From an uncultured Gemmatimonadaceae bacterium (lineage in GTDB: Bacteria; Gemmatimonadota; Gemmatimonadetes; Gemmatimonadales; Gemmatimonadaceae): DNA of 64,000 nt. Under the pieces are notes generated by a model that saw only the letters and a program-made list of their open reading frames with translations, did not search any database and was not told the origin of the DNA. A program made the translations under genes and the position numbers. The stretch is from contig CAWHHI010000013.1 of assembly GCA_963829055.1 (NCBI GenBank), positions 26,478-90,477 of the forward strand, in the 5' to 3' direction. Positions 29,737-40,830 of the stretch are shown here, one piece after another. Position 1 is the first letter of the stretch. Every line of letters begins with the position of its first letter.

Positions 29737-32168
29737 TCAGCCGTCAGCTCGCAGCGCAATCACTGGATCGATCCGCGTAGTCGATCGTGCCGGGATGATG
29801 GTCGCGATCGCCGCGATCCCGAGCAGCAGCACAGCCACGACGGCCAGCGTTAGGCCGTCGGTTGGGCTGACCTCGTAGAGCATCGCTACGAGGAGTCGGT
29901 TGCCGAGTGCCGCACCGACCAATCCGAGCGACGGCCCCAGAGGCCGCGATGACGAGGCCGCGACGCATGACCATGCCTTGCAGGTTCTGCGACGTCGCGC
30001 CGAGCGCCATGCGGATCCCGAGCTCCCGCGTGCGCTGACGCACCATCGTCGTCATCACGCCAAGTAACCCAACCGCGGCCAGCGCGACCGCCGCAATCGC
30101 GAACACCGCCAGCAGGATCGCGTTGAGGCGCGGCAGCGCGCGCGGCCCCTCGAGCAGCGTCTCGAACGGCGCGGCACTCGCCACCGCTACGCGCGGATCG
30201 ACCTCGCGTACGGCTCGGCGAATCGCCGGGATGAGATCGGCCGGACGGCCGGCCGCGCGAATCACGAGCGTCGTTGGCGCAACGGGATACGCCGTTTGGC
30301 GAAGCGGGAAGTAGAGCGTCCTGCGCGGGTCCCGAAGATCCCGGTAGCGCGTCTCCGGGACGACGCCCACGATCGTGATCAGGCTGTCGCCCTCACCGGA
30401 CTTGAGACGCTTGCCGATCGGATCCGCGTTAGGCCAGTAGTATCGCGCCGCCGACTCGCTGATGAGCGCGACGCGCGGCGCACCCTCGCGATCCGCGTCC
30501 GTGAAGCTCCGCCCGCGCAAGACCCGAATGCCGAACGTCGAGAAATAGTCGGGCGTCACCGGCTCGAAGATCAACGTGGGATTCTTCGCCGCCTCGTCAG
30601 CTGTCTGCCCCTCGGCCGCGATCTGCCCGAACACTCCGCCGACGGCAACGAACGGGGGCGTGAGCACCGGGGTCACCGCGCGCACGCCCGGAACGGCGGC
30701 GAGACGCGGAACCAGCACGTTGACCAGGGCGAGCTGCCGCAGGGTTGTCCGAGAAGACCTCGCCGGGAGTTGCCAGCTCGGCAATCAGGAGATTCGCTGG
30801 GTTCATCGCGAGCTCGACGCGCTCGAGCTTCAAGAAGCTGCGCGTGATGATACCCGCGGCGGACAGCACGAGCAGCGCGAGCGCGACCTGTCCAACGACG
30901 AGCGCCTCGGTCCCGAGACGGAACCGCCGGCTCGCGGTTGCCTGACGCGAGCCCGAGCGCAGCACGTCCTGCAACTCGACGCGCGACGTCACGAGCGCCG
31001 GCGCCAACGCGAACAACAGCGTCACGACACCCGCGATCACGATGGCCCCACCGACGACGGTGGCGTTGAGGTGAATCTCGCCGATCCGCGGCGTGCCAAC
31101 GGGCGCAAAGTGGACGAACGCGCGCACGGCTCCAATCGCGAATACGACGCCCACGGCCGCGCCAACGACCCCGAGCAGCGCGCTCTCGGTGACGAGTTGG
31201 CCGACGATCCGTGCCCGCCCTGCCCCGAGCGCCGACCGCACCGCGATTTCCCTCGTGCGGGCGAGCCCGCGGACGAGCAGCAGGTTGGCGACGTTGATGC
31301 ACGTGATCAGCAACAACAATCCAGCGGCTGCCGCGAACGCGATCACCGCCGGCTTCACGTCGCCGACGATGGCGTTCGTCAGCGAGTGAACGACCCCGAC
31401 GACATCGCGGTGCCAGCGCGGCGCACCGGGACGCGCGAAGTAGCTCGTCAGCTCGGCGCGCGCGGCAACGGCTGACGCGTTAGGCCTGAGCCGCCCAATG
31501 ACATTGAGCTCCGCGTAGACGCGCTGACTATCGAGCGAAGGCGAGTTCGGAATGACCGGCGCCCAGAAGTCGACCCCCGTCGGGTAGTCCATGCCTTCGG
31601 GCATCACGCCGACGATCGACTGTGCCGCGCCCGTCCAGTGCAGCACGAGCCGCCGTCCAAGGACGCCCGGATCGCCGCCGAAGTACCGCTGCCACGCGCC
31701 ATAGCTCAGCACCGCCACCGGCGCCGCGCCTTTGACATCGTCCTCGGGTCGGAGCGCTCGGCCGAGCACCGGCTTCACGCCGAGTAGGTCGAAGTAGCCT
31801 CCGGTGACAAGTGACCGGTGGAGACGATACACGTTGCCACCGTCACGGATGGGCACGAGCTGCGCGCCACCGTAGGCGAAGAACTCGATGCGCTCCAGCG
31901 ATTGCGTGCGCGCCGCGAACGCATGGGCATCGTCGAGCAGGAGCGGAAAGTTGTCGAAGCGGCCATCCCGCGTGGCGCCCCACAGCACCACTACACGATC
32001 CTGGTCCCGGATCGGCAGCGGGCGCAGCAGAAACGCTTCGGCCACTGTGAACACGGCCGTCGACAGGCCGATCCCTAACGCGAGTGTGAGAATCGCGGTG
32101 GCCGAGAAGCCGGGGGTCCGACGAAGGCTCCGGACGCCGAGGCGTGCGTTCTGCAGGACGCTCATCAT
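29737..32168 (-). CDS. ADOP-family ABC permease (frameshifted)
   Basis: LALGIGLSTAVF, TCINVANL, ELGIRMALGA, RIDPVIALRAD across ORFs 30597, 29744 and 29737. Confidence 0.88.
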
Positions 32169-32240
32169 TGACTCTTCTCCGCGACACTCTGTGAACCGAG
32201 CTGTTTCGCGAGATCGTCTACACGGGCCAGCAAGCGTGGT

Positions 32241-33024
32241 TCACCTAATTTCTCCGCGACCGCGGGAAACGATGGGGTCGCACCGGTCCAGCGGAGCTCG
32301 CTCGACGTCGGTGAACAGTGGCGCGTCCGTCCGCAGGGTCGCGAGCGTCTTGAAGAGCAGCGCGATCTCGCGATTCGGTCCGAGTACGTCAGGCGGAAAC
32401 GCCTCGATGGTCCCGTAGCGATTGACGAGGCTCGCCGCCGTCTTCGTCCCGATGCCAGCGATGCCAGGATAGCCGTCCGCCGTGTCGCCGACGAGCGCGA
32501 GATAATCCGGGATGTGCTCCGGGGCGACGCCGTACTTGGTCTTGATGACGTCCGCGTTGCGCACCTGGCCGCTGCGTCGGTCCACCTGCACGACGCGGTC
32601 GCCGACGACGCACTGCGCGAGATCCTTGTCTGGCGTCCGAGATGCTCACCTTCTCGACGCGCGGGTCGAGCGCCGCGAGGTGCGCGGCGGACGCGAGGCC
32701 GTCGTCCGCCTCGAGCTCGACCATGGGCCAGACAGCGACGCCCATGGATGCGAGCATCTCCTCGAGTGGATGGAACTGCGCGTGCAGTGCGGGCTCGATC
32801 CCCTCGCCCGTCTTGTAGCCGTCGTAGAGTGCGTTACGGAACGACTCGATCACGTGATCGGTGGCCACGCCAATGTGGGTCGCGCCCCCCTCGAGCATCT
32901 GGACGACCGTGCGCAGCACGCCCAGCGCCGCGCCTAACGGCGGGTCGACCGCCTGTTTCGCGCGACGGAGTCCGTAGAAGTGGCGGAACAGTTCATAGGT
33001 CCCATCGATCAGGTGGACGATCAT
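32241..33024 (-). CDS. Stand-alone 5'-3' exonuclease / flap endonuclease (frameshift near 32635)
   Basis: VHLIDGTYELFR, SFRNALYDGYK, EADD, DYLALVGDTADGYPGIAGIG.KTA. Confidence 0.9.
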
Positions 33025-34375
33025 TCAGCCTCGGGCGAGCAGCGCATCGATGTGCTCTCTGGTCTTCGGGTAGACGTCGGTTCGTGCGCCTGCGTCGATC
33101 AATGCCCTGATGACCGCGGGGTAGTCGACGCCGTCCACGGGTCCGTTGTAGGCATACCACAAGGTGCCTGTCAGCACGGTGCCTCCGTAACTGTTCAGCG
33201 TCTCCAATTGTGCGCCGCGCGCCAACAGGAGATTGACAATATCCATGTGTCCGTGGGCGGCCGCAAAGTGGAGCGCGGTCGCGTCCACATCCCTCGACGC
33301 CGGGTTGACGCCCTTCTCGAGCATGAGCTTGACGACGTCGGCGCGGCCGAACGTGGCAGCCTTCGTCATCGCGTACTCCAGATGCACCTGCGGATCCCGG
33401 GGCAGCCTCGGCCAACGAACCGTGGTCAACGGCGCGTCCGGCTTCAGGTGGCCGTCGTCACCGACCAGCGACGCGACGATATCGAGCCGACCTAACGCGG
33501 CGGCCGAGATGATGTTGTCGACGCGCGCACCGCGTCGGACGAGTGCTTCCGCTGCGTCCGGGTAGTGGAACGCGATCGCCGTCATCACCGGCGAGCCGTT
33601 GTCTTCCACGCCGTTGACCGCGGCGCCATGGTCCACGAGCACGTCGACGAGCGCGACCTGCACACCGGCGAGCTTCGGGTGCACGCTCGAGACGAGCATG
33701 TCCATCGTCGTGGCGTCGCCACCGTACATGTGCGCGAGGGCGTCGGCTTCTGCTCCCGCATCGAGCAGCGCACGCGCAATCTCCACGGCGTTCGTCGGCG
33801 TTTTCTGTCGATAGCCTTCGTGCCCGTTCGCGGCGGTGTAGTGGAGTAGCGTCGCGCGATGGTCTCGTGCAGACCGTGCGCGGACCAGCGCTGGATTTGC
33901 GCGCAGCATCGAGGTCAGCGCGGTGAGGTCGCCGGTGACGACCGCGTCGGCGGCCGCTTCGAACTCGGAGTCCGGCGAGCTCGCGGCTGCGAGCGCCTCG
34001 ACGTGCTGCGCGAACTTCGGCCAGCTCGCAAAGTCGTGCAATCGCGCGAGAAAGAGTTGCGCGTCGCTGAGCGTACAGGACGCTCCGGCACCGTCGTCCG
34101 TCAACAAGCGGCTGGCCCGCGCGTCGCGTATGATGTCTTCGACTTCGCGTTCGACCTGCGACCAGCGGAGGTGCCTCACATGGACGGCGGCGTCGGCACT
34201 CGATTCGTCGCCGTCGTGGAGGGCCGCGAGTGCCTCGAGCCACTGCCTGGCCCAGGTACGTACCGCGGCTTCGCCTGACGTGCACGCCTTGGCGAGACTC
34301 TTCGCGCGGTTGCGGTACTGCTCAATGTTCGGACGCGGCGGGAAGCGGGATCGCGTCGGTGCCACGGGGTTCCAT
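33025..34375 (-). CDS. Ankyrin repeat protein (likely ATG at 34375; frameshift near 34340)
   Basis: PPRPNIEQYR..AK, LSDAQ..LAR..FASW; ankyrin motifs TLLHY, TALHFAAAHGH; AAAGGAGA RBS. Confidence 0.87.
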
Positions 34376-34395
34376 ACGAATCTCCTTTCACGAGA

Positions 34396-34500
34396 TCGCC
34401 TGGAGTCCGCACGCGTCAGGCAGAAAGAAGGTTCGTACCTTCGGATTTGGACTGACGGGTGGGCATGGCCCTTTCCGCGGACTGGATGCGCCCCTGGCGC
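34396..34500 (-). ncRNA. Candidate structured 5' leader RNA
   Basis: Nested complementary segments AGTCCGC/GCGGACT, CGTCAG/CTGACG, GAAGGT/ACCTTC just upstream of the RBS. Confidence 0.4.
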
Positions 34501-34591
34501 TGCGCTCACGTTATGTCGGAACCCGCGTTGAGGCAACCGGAATTGCTCGGCTCGTTGACGCGAACGGGTGGGGTGCTGCATTGTGATCGGA

Positions 34592-34725
34592 TGTCATTCC
34601 GAGCGAAGGTCGAATTCCGAGGGAGGCCGCAGGCCGCAGTCGAGGAATCGTGATCGTCCCGATAGAGGGGCCTCTCTACCGAGATGATCGCGATTCCTCG
34701 ACTCGCGTGCGCTCGTCGGAATGAC
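34592..34725. repeat. R2 REP-like palindrome
   Basis: GTCATTCCGA..GTCGAGGAATC..TAGAGGGGCCTCTCTA..GATTCCTCGAC..TCGGAATGAC. Confidence 0.9.
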
Positions 34726-35950
34726 AGCGCTGCGCCGTTTCGCGGCTGCGCTCGGCGTGACCGCGCTTCTCGCCGCGTGCAGCCATGCGCCCCGCCCCGC
34801 CGCCGTGCCCGAGGTCGCGCCACCGCGCATCGTCGGGTACCTGGCGTCGTGGGGCGTTCGCTCCAAGGGGACGAAGATCGCCGATCTGCCCGGGAACGAG
34901 CTGACGCACATCATCTACGCGTTCGCGCGCGTGACCGAGGACGGGCGCCTGGCGTTAGGCGACCCGTGCCTCGACATCGGACAGTGCGACTCCACCGCCG
35001 CGCCACCGGCGAAAGACGGCGGCAACTTCGCCGAGCTCCGGCGTCTCAAGGACCGCTATCCGCGCCTCAAGCTGCTCGTCGCGGCCGGCGGCTGGTCGGG
35101 CTCCGGGCGGTTCTCCGACGTCGCACTCACTCCGGAATCGCGCCAGAAGTTCGCGCAGTCGGCTGTCGATGTGATCATCCGTCGATCGCCGGGCCTGTTC
35201 GACGGCATCGACATCGACTGGGAGTATCCCGTTCGCGGCGGCCTCGCGACCAACGTTACGCGCCCGGAGGACCGGCAGAACTGTACGCTGCTGCTTCAGG
35301 CGTTGCGGCAGGAGTTGGACGCGCAGGGCAAGCGAGACGGCCGTCAGTACCTGTTGACCATCGCAACCATTGCCGGCCCCGGCGTGTTCACGCAACTCGA
35401 GCTCGGGCCCGTCGCCGCGGCGGTCGACTGGTTCAACGTCATGACGTACGACTTCCACTCCGGCTCGAAGATCGCGCACTTCAACGCGCCGCTCTACACG
35501 GCCACAGGCGATCCCACACCTGGCTACACAGTCGACTCGACCATGCGTCGCTACATTGCCGGCGGCGTGAGCCCGTCGAAGCTCGTGGTCGGCGTTCCAT
35601 TCTACGGCCGTGTATACGGCGGCATCGGCGCGGCGAACGACGGGTTGTTCCAGCCAGTGACGGGGCCGGTGCCGAACGAGTGGAAGACCGGCACGGACTA
35701 CAAGGCGATCGTTCGGCGCGACCCGGAGTCACTCGGCTTCCGCCGCGTTATGCACCCAGAGGCGCGCGTGCCGTTCCTCTACAACGCGACGACGGGTACG
35801 TGGATCACGTACGACGACGCGGAGTCGGTGGCCGAGAAGGCGGCTTACGTGCGCACGCACGGGCTTGGCGGCGTGATGGCGTGGGAGATCGGCGGCGACG
35901 ACGGAACGCTGCTGCGAACGATGTACGAGGAGCTGCGGGCGAAACCGTAG
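34721..35950 (+). CDS. GH18 chitinase, lipoprotein
   Basis: LAAC lipobox; LTHIIYAFA, GGW, FDGIDIDWEYP, VMTYDF, GVMAWE. Confidence 0.95.
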   Translation: MTALRRFAAALGVTALLAACSHAPRPAAVPEVAPPRIVGYLASWGVRSKGTKIADLPGNELTHIIYAFARVTEDGRLALGDPCLDIGQCDSTAAPPAKDGGNFAELRRLKDRYPRLKLLVAAGGWSGSGRFSDVALTPESRQKFAQSAVDVIIRRSPGLFDGIDIDWEYPVRGGLATNVTRPEDRQNCTLLLQALRQELDAQGKRDGRQYLLTIATIAGPGVFTQLELGPVAAAVDWFNVMTYDFHSGSKIAHFNAPLYTATGDPTPGYTVDSTMRRYIAGGVSPSKLVVGVPFYGRVYGGIGAANDGLFQPVTGPVPNEWKTGTDYKAIVRRDPESLGFRRVMHPEARVPFLYNATTGTWITYDDAESVAEKAAYVRTHGLGGVMAWEIGGDDGTLLRTMYEELRAKP

Positions 35951-36369
35951 TGTCATCCCGAGCGTCAGCGAGGGATCTGCTGTGAAGGTCCTGTCGCCCG
36001 TCCGGCGCCGTGGACTGAGTCGAACGCGCAATTCCAACAGCGACGCAGAATTCGCAGGCGCGCTGGGAGCGCGCAACGCAGAAGGACGCAGAAAACTGCA
36101 ACACCCCTAACGGGACAAGCTCCGTTCCGCCAAGGCCGTGAAGAAAGGGGGACTGCCTCGGGACGCATTGGCCACGCCCGAGGCCGTGTGTCATCCCGAG
36201 CGCCAGCGAGGGACCTTCTCGAACGTCATCGTGGCACTTCTCGCCACGAGTACTTCACAGAAGGTCCCTCGTCGCTGCCGCTCCTCGGGATGACAGCATT
36301 GCAGTTTTCTGCGTCCCTCTGCGCTGCGGCCGCGGAGCGGCCGCCTGCGAATTCTGCGTCGCTGTTGGA
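35951..36369. repeat. Half R1, then R3 copy 2 (about 36033-36369) containing a full R1 (about 36189-36294)
   Basis: Arms match 1815-2081 and the other R1 copies. Confidence 0.85.
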
Positions 36370-36395
36370 CCGCGCGATATTGCCGGCTGGAAGCG

Positions 36396-37238
36396 TTAGG
36401 CATGACTTCGGACACCAGCGACGGCCGCTAAGGCACCCGGATCCAGCGCGACGGCCGTCATCACCGGCAGCGCGAAGTCGAGCAATCCCCGAGCACTCAA
36501 CAGGTAGCTCGAGGCATTCCCGACGAGCCCACCATCATTGCCGGTGGCCCGCAGATACGCATCGACAACGTCCGCGAAGAATCGCTCCGACCAGTTCGCG
36601 TGCACGCCGGCACTCGCTGTGTCGAACTCCTCCACCTCCCGCCACACGCGCTCGCCGTTCTCGAGCCATGGCACCTTGAACCGCGCCACGCGCTTGCCCG
36701 GAAAGTCCCCGATGTGCTCCGCGTAATGGAGGAACGTCACCGTGTCGTGATCGGAGCCGAGCATCAGGATCTTGCCGTCGAGCGCGACGAAGCGCTCGAG
36801 CAACGAGCCGCGGCCGAATGCGTAGTTCCACGGCTGATGTGACATCAGATAGTCGGCATGCGTGCCCCAGACGACGAACCGCACCACGTGTGGGTTCACG
36901 CGCGACCCCGGGTACGTGCGCAGCAGCTCCACCAACGCACCGTTGTCGCGACTCGAGCGCGCCGTGTACGGGTCGAACGGCGGCAGCTTCTCCTCGAGCT
37001 CCGCCTCCTGCTCCGGCGTCAGCTCCCCGCGGCCGATCTCGTCGACGTACGCGGGACAGCTCGCATACATGATGAGCGCACCGTCCTCGCTCACGACATC
37101 CTTGATGGCGAGATGAACCTCATCCGGTCCGCCCGCCACCTCGCCAATGGCGCGCAACGATGCGTGGACCATCACCACGTCGCCGCGCGTGAGGCCGAGT
37201 GCGCGAAGGTCGGCGGCGAGTTGCTGTCGGGAATGCAT
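36396..37238 (-). CDS. Aminoglycoside N(3)-acetyltransferase family protein
   Basis: GDVVMVHASLRAIG.V.GG, LPPFDP, TFLHYAEH; true start at MHSRQQ. Confidence 0.88.
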   Translation of the reverse strand: MHSRQQLAADLRALGLTRGDVVMVHASLRAIGEVAGGPDEVHLAIKDVVSEDGALIMYASCPAYVDEIGRGELTPEQEAELEEKLPPFDPYTARSSRDNGALVELLRTYPGSRVNPHVVRFVVWGTHADYLMSHQPWNYAFGRGSLLERFVALDGKILMLGSDHDTVTFLHYAEHIGDFPGKRVARFKVPWLENGERVWREVEEFDTASAGVHANWSERFFADVVDAYLRATGNDGGLVGNASSYLLSARGLLDFALPVMTAVALDPGALAAVAGVRSHA

Positions 37239-37416
37239 GCTATCGCGTCGTCCAGTGACCGGGTGAGGCGAGGCCCGCAACGTATGTGGCCGCGCAGAGC
37301 TCGAGCGACGCGATTGCCGCCTCGAGCGGCTCGCCTGCGCGATTGCGCAGACCAGGCGCTGGCGCGCATGATTCCCGCACGCTGACCCGCAGATCCGATC
37401 TCCTCCCACGATTTCA

Positions 37417-39169
37417 ATGCCCTGCTCTCGATCGCACCACTCGTCTCGCGTCGTCGCGCCAGCACGACGCTCATCGCCGCGCTCGCGCTCACCGCCTGCG
37501 CGCATCCATCGCAAACCGGCTCGCCGACGGTGGACCACGGCGACTACGACGTCGTGATCGAGAACGGGCGCATCGTCGACGGGACCGGAAATCCCTGGAC
37601 GTACGGCGACGTCGGCATTCGCGGCGAACGCATCATCGCTGTCACTCCCCGCGGCGCGCTCCGCACCGCCTCGGCCAAGCAACGCGTCGACGCGCGCGGA
37701 CACATCGTCGTCGCCCGGGTTCATCGATATCCAGGCGCACTCGTGGGAAGAGCTCCTGTGGCGCGATGGACGCGTCGTCAGCAAGGTCACCCAGGGCGTC
37801 ACCAGCGAGATCCTCGGCGAAGCGACCACGCCCGCGCCGTCGAACGCCGCGATGGACTCGCTCTCCGATATCGGCGGCATGGAGCCCGAGCGAGCCGCGC
37901 TCCAGCGGTCGTTCCACGGCGACCGCGGATTCGGCGCAGTGGCTCGACGCGTTCGCCCGACACAAGAAATCCGTGAACGTCGGCTCGTACCTCGGCGCAA
38001 CGACCGTTCGCGCGTACGCGATGGGTCAGGCGCCGGGCGCGCCTAACGCCGCACAGCTCGACACCATGCGGTCCGTCGTCAGGCGGTCCATGCGCGACGG
38101 TGCGTTCGGCATCTCGTCCGCGCTGATCTACCCGCCGGGCTCGTATGCGGCGACGCCAGAGCTCGATCGAGATGGCGAAAGCGATGGCGCCGTACCACGG
38201 CGGCTACATCACGCACATGCGGTCCGAGGACGACTCGCTGTTCGAGGCGATCGACGAGGCGTTTCGCATCGGCGCGAGGGCGGCGTGCGCGTGGACATCT
38301 ACCACCTCAAGGCGTCGAACCGGAAGAACTGGGGCAAGGCGCCGGCGATGGTCGCGAAGATCGACTCCGCGCGCGCGCCGCGGGACTCGACGTCGGTGCG
38401 ACGATGTACCCGTATCCGTTCTCCGGCAACAACCTCGGCGAGTGCTTCCCGGATTGGGCGGCCGAGAACGGGAAGCTGATGGACAACCTCAAGAATCCGG
38501 AGACGCGCACGCGCATCCTGCGCGAGATGGCCGACCCGAACGGCGCGCCGCTCTGCCAGATCGAGGGACCGTCGGCCTACATGGTCGCCGACTTCCGGAA
38601 GCCGGAGCACGCGAAGTACGAGGGCAAGCGCTTGAGCGAGATCGCGACGGACATGGGAAAGCCGTGGCCCGAAGCCGTCGTCGATCTGATCGTCAGCGAG
38701 GGCCGCGACCTGTCGAAGATCAACTTCACGATGTCCGAGGACAACGTGCGGATGCAGATCAAGTATCCGTGGGTGATCATCGGCACAGACGCCGGCGGCG
38801 TGCGATCCGGACAGCACGAAGAACGTCGTGCACCCGCGCTCGTACGGCACCTATCCGCGCATCCTCGGACGCTACGTGCGCGAGCAGCACCTGTTCACGC
38901 TCGAGGAAGCGGTGCGCAAGATGAGCGGTGCGGTCGCGGCGCGACTTGCCCTGCGCGATCGCGGGCTGCTGCGCGAGGGCATGTACGCGGACGTCGTCGT
39001 GTTCGACGACAGCACGATCATCGACCTCGCGACGCCGGAGAAGCCGCATCAGATCAGTCGCGGCGTCGAGCAGGTGTTCGTGAACGGCGTGCAGGTCGTG
39101 CGCGACGGCAAGCACACGGGTGCGACGCCGGGACGCGTGCTCAAGGGCGCCGGCGCGGGGATGCGTTAG
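37417..39169 (+). CDS. N-acyl-D-amino-acid deacylase / amidohydrolase (frameshifted; start approximate)
   Basis: GRIVDGTGNP, THMRSE, HPRSYGTYPRILG, RGLLREGMYADVVVFD. Confidence 0.87.
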
Positions 39170-39191
39170 GCGTGAGCGGCACCTGACGCGA

Positions 39192-39954
39192 ATGCGCACA
39201 GCGACGAAGATCTTCGTCGTCCTGTTCATCATGCTGGAGGCCGTCGCGGCGCTCGGCATGGTCGCGATCAGTGTGCATGGCCCAGCCGGCCTACCCATCG
39301 CCGCGGCCGTGTATTTCGTGGCCGCGGCATCGATCACCTCGTGGGCTGCTCGGCGTCTCGGCAGCCCATGGCACCTCGGCGGTGTGGGCCTCGCGCTTCT
39401 GGCCCTGACACCGGCTATCGTGTCGGTGCTCAGCGAGGCCGAGAGCCGCGCGTACAAACGAGACGTTGCCGCTACGCTGATCGGCAACGTTCGCGACGAA
39501 CCGATACTCTCGGACAGCGGCAGGCCGATCGGCGTACGTCTTTCGTATACGGTGACGGCTCCAAAGCGTGGGTACTATGGGGTTCTGCCGTCGCTCGATG
39601 AACGAGAGCCGTCACCGAAGTCCGACAGGCGGCTGGGGCTCAGCGCGGCGCGGTGGACGAACGACGGCAGCAGCGTTCCGATCAGGTTCGAGGCACGGGC
39701 GACGCACGAGATGATGGTCGAGCTCTATCCGCCTATCCTGTTCTTTGGTCAGAAGGGGCGATGCGTTACCGCGAGTCTCCTTCCACCACCGCTGGCGACC
39801 GCCGTCAATCTGCGCCACTCCGCGTGTCGATCTCGGGAGAGTACGGGACACCTATGAGGGTGACACCGAGCGCCTGACGCGCGGTTCCTACGACGTGGCC
39901 GAGATGTATCGAGGCGTGCTGGACGAGGGGCTGCCGCACTGTAGCACCCCGTAA
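39192..39954 (+). CDS. Hypothetical membrane-anchored protein (frameshift near 39810)
   Basis: Three hydrophobic N-terminal segments followed by a soluble domain. Confidence 0.55.
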
Positions 39955-39958
39955 CGCT

Positions 39959-40030
39959 GTGTCATTCCGAGCGAAACGCCGGAGGCACGCAGTCGAGGAA
40001 TCCTTGCTGTCCGGATAGAGAGGCCCTGAG
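39959..40030. repeat. Half R2 element
   Basis: GTCATTCCGAGC..AGTCGAGGAATC..GATAGAGAGGCCC. Confidence 0.75.
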
Positions 40031-40168
40031 GCTCGTCGTCGGCCAGAGCGAGTGCTTCGCGGTCGCTGGATCGACGAGGACGCGCCGCGATCTCCAGTGG
40101 GAGATCACCGCGCCCACCATGCACATGATCGGCATCACCAAGTAGAGCGCGCAGCGCCCGGCGTGTGG

Positions 40169-40665
40169 TCAGAGCCGACCGAGCGCGAGGACCGCGAGCG
40201 CTTTCTCGGCGTCGAGCTCCTTCGCGCCACCGCCGCGCGCCTGCCCGACGTCCACGATGAGCTGCGTCTCGCCCTTCCGAACCGTGAGCTGGCCCTTGGC
40301 GGCGAATGCTTCGTCGCCAAGGCCTTTCACATCCTGGTAGCCGGATTTGCCGGCGAGCGATTGCCGGTACTGCGTGAAGTACGCCTCCGCTGTGCTCCCT
40401 AACGCGTAACGGGTCACGCTTACTTCCGATCCGTAGAAGCACATTCGGCCTTGACCGAACGTCCCTGAAGCGGAAGCGTCATTGCCTTCTCGGTCCCAGC
40501 CGGCACGGCCGCACCGAGCGCCTTTGCGGCTTCCTGCTGCGTAATAAGACCGCAGGCGCCGAGCGGGGCGGCAGACATTGTGTTGACGCGATGGGCACCT
40601 CCCGCCATCCCGGCGAGGCTCAAGACGAACGCGGCGGGACCAAGCAGTCGGGAGTGGACGTTCAT
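40169..40665 (-). CDS. Hypothetical exported protein (frameshift near 40440)
   Basis: Signal-like start; ACGLITQQEAAKALG, VKGLGDEAF. Confidence 0.6.
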
Positions 40666-40830
40666 GCAGAGCCCTCGAGGCGGTAGCACAGCGCTTGGCG
40701 AATGAGCACGGGCCATGCGCTCAGGAAGAAACAGCTTGGCCTCGTAACGCTCGCGTCGGATCCCCGAATGCGCAAGCCATTGGCTCGCAGGCAGGCCACC
40801 TCGCCAGAGCGGCCTGCCCCGTGAGCGCGG

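Noticed and set aside
37239..38000. N-terminal extension of the AAC(3) ORF to 534 aa
   Set aside because: It is the antisense of the D-aminoacylase gene; family similarity starts at 37238
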